Below are positions 33,903 through 36,663 of a stretch of 36,663 bases of DNA, piece after piece. The notes beneath the pieces were generated by a model. It was not told the DNA's origin and did not search any database. It saw only the letters and a program-made list of their open reading frames with translations. The translations under genes were made by a program, and so were the position numbers. The stretch comes from Candidatus Komeilibacteria bacterium CG_4_10_14_0_8_um_filter_37_78 (lineage in GTDB: Bacteria > Patescibacteriota > Patescibacteriia > UBA1558), in contig PFMC01000013.1 of NCBI GenBank assembly GCA_002785295.1, positions 1-36,663 of the forward strand, in the 5' to 3' direction. Numbering within the stretch: the stretch's first letter is position 1; every line of letters starts with the position of its first letter.

Positions 33903-33994
33903 TTTTCTCCGCTATCGCTTCGAAAACGATTTATTGATTGAAAATTGCTGTCATTTGAGTATTATAAATTTATCTATTTTAATAAAGAATTATC

Positions 33995-34780
33995 ATGCCA
34001 AGATTTAATGATATAGATTTAGAAAACTGGAAAGAATCAGACATTTGGACTGATAGTCTTTGGATAATTAATGAAAGAGATAAAAGTGGAAAACACAGTA
34101 ATTTTTATCATGGGAATTTTGTTCCACAAATACCTCATCAACTTATTTTGAGATTCTCTAAAGAAGATGATTTAATTTTTGATCCTTTTTTAGGAAGCGG
34201 AACAACTGCTTATGAGTGTGAAACATTAAAAAGGAATTTTATTGGTGTAGAAATACAAAATGAATTAGTTGAGAAAGTTCAAAATAACTTAGATAAAACA
34301 GATAAAAATTCTAAAGTCTTTTGTGGAGATAGTACAAAAAAAGAAACTTTTGAAGAAATAAATCTTTTTTTGAAAGACAAGAAACAAAATAAAGTACAAC
34401 TCGCTATTTTACACCCTCCTTATGCAGATATATTAAAATTTAGTACTTTAGAAAATGATTTATCAAATAAAAAATCTTTGAAAGAGTTTTTAGAAAGTTT
34501 TAGTTTGGTATTGCAAAATACAAAAGGTATAATGAAAAAAGATGGGTATTTAGCAATAGTGATTGGAGATAAATATTCATCAGGGCAATGGATTCCTCTT
34601 GGATTTTATTGTATGAACGAAGCTCAAAAACTTGGAATGATTTTGAAATCAGTAGTTGTTAAAAATATGGAAGGGAATAGAGCAAAAATGAATAAAGAAG
34701 GAATTTGGAGATATAGAGCTTTAACAAGTGATTATTACATATTCAAACACGAATACATTTTTATTTTTAAAGTTAATTAA
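33995..34780 (+). CDS. amino (N6-A or N4-C) DNA methyltransferase with motif I upstream of motif IV and an HPPY catalytic tetrad
   Basis: Motif I IFDPFLGSGTT (aa 61-71) with FIGVEI. Motif IV ILHPPYADI (aa 138-146). Confidence 0.8.
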   Translation: MPRFNDIDLENWKESDIWTDSLWIINERDKSGKHSNFYHGNFVPQIPHQLILRFSKEDDLIFDPFLGSGTTAYECETLKRNFIGVEIQNELVEKVQNNLDKTDKNSKVFCGDSTKKETFEEINLFLKDKKQNKVQLAILHPPYADILKFSTLENDLSNKKSLKEFLESFSLVLQNTKGIMKKDGYLAIVIGDKYSSGQWIPLGFYCMNEAQKLGMILKSVVVKNMEGNRAKMNKEGIWRYRALTSDYYIFKHEYIFIFKVN

Positions 34781-34781
34781 T

Positions 34782-35426
34782 ATGACAAAAAAAGATTTGT
34801 TTATAGAACTTGCAAAACCAAACGAAAACGGCGAAAGTAGATGGGTTTCATCTTCTGAATTTGTTGGGGAATATAAAGTGCTTCAACTTGGGAATGGTGG
34901 TAGTTGGTGTAGAGCCAGTTCAAGTTTAGCAAAAGAATATCAAATTGAATTTGATAGAAGCATAACATCAGGAAATTCTATAGATAAAATTCGCTTAATT
35001 GGTTTTAACGACAAAAAACATTTTAATCATAATATTAGAAAAGATATTAAAGATTTTTATAAAACAAAAAATTGTGTAATGTTAGGTGTTAATGGAAATT
35101 CTGAAAACACAAAAATTGAAATTGACCATAAAGACGGAAGAAAAGATGATCATAGAATTTCTAATCCTCAAGGTCAAGACTTATCAGATTTTCAACCTCT
35201 TGCAAAAGCAGCAAATGATATTAAAAGACAAATTTGCAAAAGATGTAAAGAAACAAATAAAAGATGGAGTGCTAAAAATATAAAAGGAAATCCATATGAT
35301 TTTTATGTTGGAGACGAAAACTATTCTGAAGAATTAGGGTGTAAAGGTTGTTATCAATACGATCCTGTTGAATACAGAAAAGTAGTAGTAAAAAAATTAG
35401 CGAATTATCAGCAAAAGAAGCTGTAG
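34782..35426 (+). CDS. putative type II restriction endonuclease, HNH / beta-beta-alpha-Me type
   Basis: IEIDHKDGRKDDH ... AAND ... CKRCK ... CKGC. ATG is 1 nt after the methyltransferase stop. The track ORF from 34728 has no ATG before 34782. Confidence 0.6.
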   Translation: MTKKDLFIELAKPNENGESRWVSSSEFVGEYKVLQLGNGGSWCRASSSLAKEYQIEFDRSITSGNSIDKIRLIGFNDKKHFNHNIRKDIKDFYKTKNCVMLGVNGNSENTKIEIDHKDGRKDDHRISNPQGQDLSDFQPLAKAANDIKRQICKRCKETNKRWSAKNIKGNPYDFYVGDENYSEELGCKGCYQYDPVEYRKVVVKKLANYQQKKL

Positions 35427-35491
35427 ATGTAGTTTTTAAAAAATTATATCCAGAAGATTAGTTATTTTTTAAATTTTAATTGAGGTAAATT

Positions 35492-36559
35492 ATGAATTAT
35501 ATTGGATCAAAAAAATCACTCTTACAATTTTTAGAAGAATCAATTTATCAAATAGTTGGTAAAAATAATTTTACTTTTTTAGATTTGTTTGCAGGAACCG
35601 GTATTGTCGGACAACATTTTAAAAGCAAGGGACACAAAGTTATTGCCAATGATTTACAATATTATAGCTTTGTTCTTAATAAAAACTATATTGAAAATCA
35701 TCAAGTTTTAAAATTTCTAGGACTAGAGAAGGATTTAAAAGATTTGAAAAATATAGACTTTGAGAAAAGAGCTGATTTTGTCTGTAAATTTTTAGATAGT
35801 TTAGAACTAAAAGAAGGTTTTATTTATAAAAATTATTGTTTAGGTGGAACAAAAGACAAAGAATTTCAAAGACAATACTTTTCTGATGAAAATGGCAAAA
35901 AGGTAGATACAATAAGAGAAAAAATAGAAGACTGGAAAAAAGAAAAGCAAATTAATGATAATGAATACTATTTTCTGCTTGCTACTCTTCTTGAAAATAT
36001 AGATAAAGTTGCAAATACTGCTTCTGTTTATGGAGCTTTTTTGAAACAATTGAAAAGATCAGCACAAAAAGATTTTTTAATGAAGCCAGCAAATTTTGTA
36101 CTCAATGATAATGAGCATGATGTTTATAATGAAGATATCGAGACTTTAGTAAAAACAGTGCAGGGAGATGTTTTATATCTTGATCCACCATATAACCATA
36201 GACAATATGCTCCTAATTATCATCTATTAGAAACTATCGCTAAATATGATAATCCAAAAATAAAAGGAAAAACTGGACTTAGAGATTATTCAAATCAAAA
36301 GTCAAAATTCTCCCAAAAAAAAGATGTGTTAAGATCTTTTGAAAATATTATTCAAAAAGCAAATGTAAAATATATTTTTTTGAGCTATAACAATGAAGGT
36401 TTAATGACAGAAGAAGAAGTTAAAGCTATTATGTCTAAAAGAGGTAAATACGGAATATTCAAAAAAGAATATAGTAGATTTAAGGCAGATAAAACAGAAA
36501 ATAGAAACCATACAGCAAATTCAGTGGTTGAGTATTTACATTATGTTGAATGCAAATAA
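35492..36559 (+). CDS. D12-class (alpha-type) N6-adenine DNA methyltransferase
   Basis: MNYIGSK, motif I DLFAGTG, motif IV LYLDPPYNHRQY, and LSYNNEG. GAGGT lies 7 nt upstream of the ATG. Confidence 0.88.
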   Translation: MNYIGSKKSLLQFLEESIYQIVGKNNFTFLDLFAGTGIVGQHFKSKGHKVIANDLQYYSFVLNKNYIENHQVLKFLGLEKDLKDLKNIDFEKRADFVCKFLDSLELKEGFIYKNYCLGGTKDKEFQRQYFSDENGKKVDTIREKIEDWKKEKQINDNEYYFLLATLLENIDKVANTASVYGAFLKQLKRSAQKDFLMKPANFVLNDNEHDVYNEDIETLVKTVQGDVLYLDPPYNHRQYAPNYHLLETIAKYDNPKIKGKTGLRDYSNQKSKFSQKKDVLRSFENIIQKANVKYIFLSYNNEGLMTEEEVKAIMSKRGKYGIFKKEYSRFKADKTENRNHTANSVVEYLHYVECK

Positions 36560-36580
36560 GGAGTTTTAAAAAATGGAATT

Positions 36581-36650
36581 CACCCCCAGCCCCTCTTCCA
36601 TTTTTCAAAACAAAAAAATCAAATACAATAATAAAAAGCCCACCAAAAAC
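36581..36650. repeat. right arm of the imperfect inverted repeat flanking the R-M cassette
   Basis: AAGCCCACCAAAAAC (36636-36650) plus the blocks AAAATCAAAT, CCCCTCTT and CACC, collinear with the reverse complement of 33836-33902. Confidence 0.7.
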
Positions 36651-36663
36651 GGAATAATATGGA

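Larger units (their letters stand above)
33836..36650. mobile_element. possible horizontally acquired R-M cassette bounded by inverted repeats (no recombinase visible)
   Basis: AT-richer composition than the preceding 33 kb (hand counts of sample lines), three R-M genes and flanking inverted repeats. Confidence 0.35.

Noticed and set aside
33938-33965. Promoter-like TTGAAA-16-TATTAT upstream of the first methyltransferase.
   Set aside because: In a stretch with G+C this low such hexamers occur by chance every few dozen bases. I cannot distinguish it from background without transcript data.
35390-35460. Possible frameshift at the 3' end of the nuclease gene. A +1 frame reads ..AKEAVDVVFKKLYPED* past the annotated stop.
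   Set aside because: The alternative frame is open for only about 17 codons. In DNA this AT-rich I estimate that has a chance probability of roughly 0.2. This is not enough to call a pseudogene.
1-36663. Alternative genetic code (UGA recoded, as in some CPR lineages).
   Set aside because: TGA ends several genes exactly at compact junctions: pfkB/acd TGATG at 14974-14978, acd at 17001-17003, rseP at 27915-17, OFOR gamma at 21524-26. No conserved gene is broken by an in-frame TGA, so the standard code fits.
36573-36663. Open frame (MEFTPSPSSIFQNKKIKYNNKKPTKNGIIW...) with GGAG 9 nt upstream, running off the window.
   Set aside because: Only 30 low-complexity codons are visible and they overlap the right inverted repeat. 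It may be a real fourth cassette gene, but it cannot be supported from this fragment.
1-36663. Search by eye for tRNA, rRNA, tmRNA or riboswitch-like structured RNAs in the spacers.
   Set aside because: I found no T-loop (GGTTCGAATCC-like) or anticodon-arm patterns and no long GC-rich helices. The spacers are AT-rich repeats. Absence should still be confirmed with tRNAscan-SE and Infernal.

Overview
This is a low-GC, very tightly packed bacterial window. All 36 credible CDS are on the + strand, many with 1-8 nt start/stop overlaps, and the standard genetic code fits (TGA acts as a stop at tidy gene junctions). Three things point to a reduced fermentative Patescibacteria/CPR-like organism, which is an inference: type IV pilus genes without a secretin, ADP-forming acetyl-CoA synthetase plus a 2-oxoacid:ferredoxin oxidoreductase (OFOR), and an frr-rseP-proS block lacking uppS/cdsA/dxr.

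Gene order:
1. 287-3901: a sensory module of a PAS/coiled-coil protein, a TM-ectodomain-TM protein, a HAMP-PAS histidine kinase and a receiver-only response regulator.
2. 3894-13933: a type IV pilus locus with pilB, pilC, four minor-pilin-like genes in H/I/J/K-like order, a PilM-PilN fusion, and a separately promoted and terminated major-pilin candidate. One minor-pilin gene encodes a 986-aa pilin-headed multi-lectin/beta-propeller protein.
3. 14008-21792: a fermentation operon (PfkB kinase, acetyl-CoA synthetase, four OFOR subunits). It is interrupted by a calcium-binding surface protein and by two pilin genes sitting between the OFOR alpha and beta subunits.
4. 21946-33732: housekeeping genes recJ, rnhA, holB, an Asp-box propeller lipoprotein, frr, rseP, a 97-aa orphan, an editing-domain-less proS, and mreBCD-mrdA.
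5. 33733 to the end: a visibly more AT-rich restriction-modification cassette (permuted amino-methyltransferase, HNH-type nuclease, D12-class adenine methyltransferase). It is bracketed by about 70-bp imperfect inverted repeats with a perfect 15-bp core.

I saw no rRNA, tRNA, CRISPR array or recombinase. The best candidates for a second look are the pilin-headed giant adhesin, the OFOR operon interleaved with envelope and pilin genes, the PilM-PilN fusion, the receiver gene overlapping pilB, short motifs shared by the few long intergenic spacers, and the repeat-bracketed R-M island. All family assignments come from motifs read by eye and need HMM or structure confirmation.
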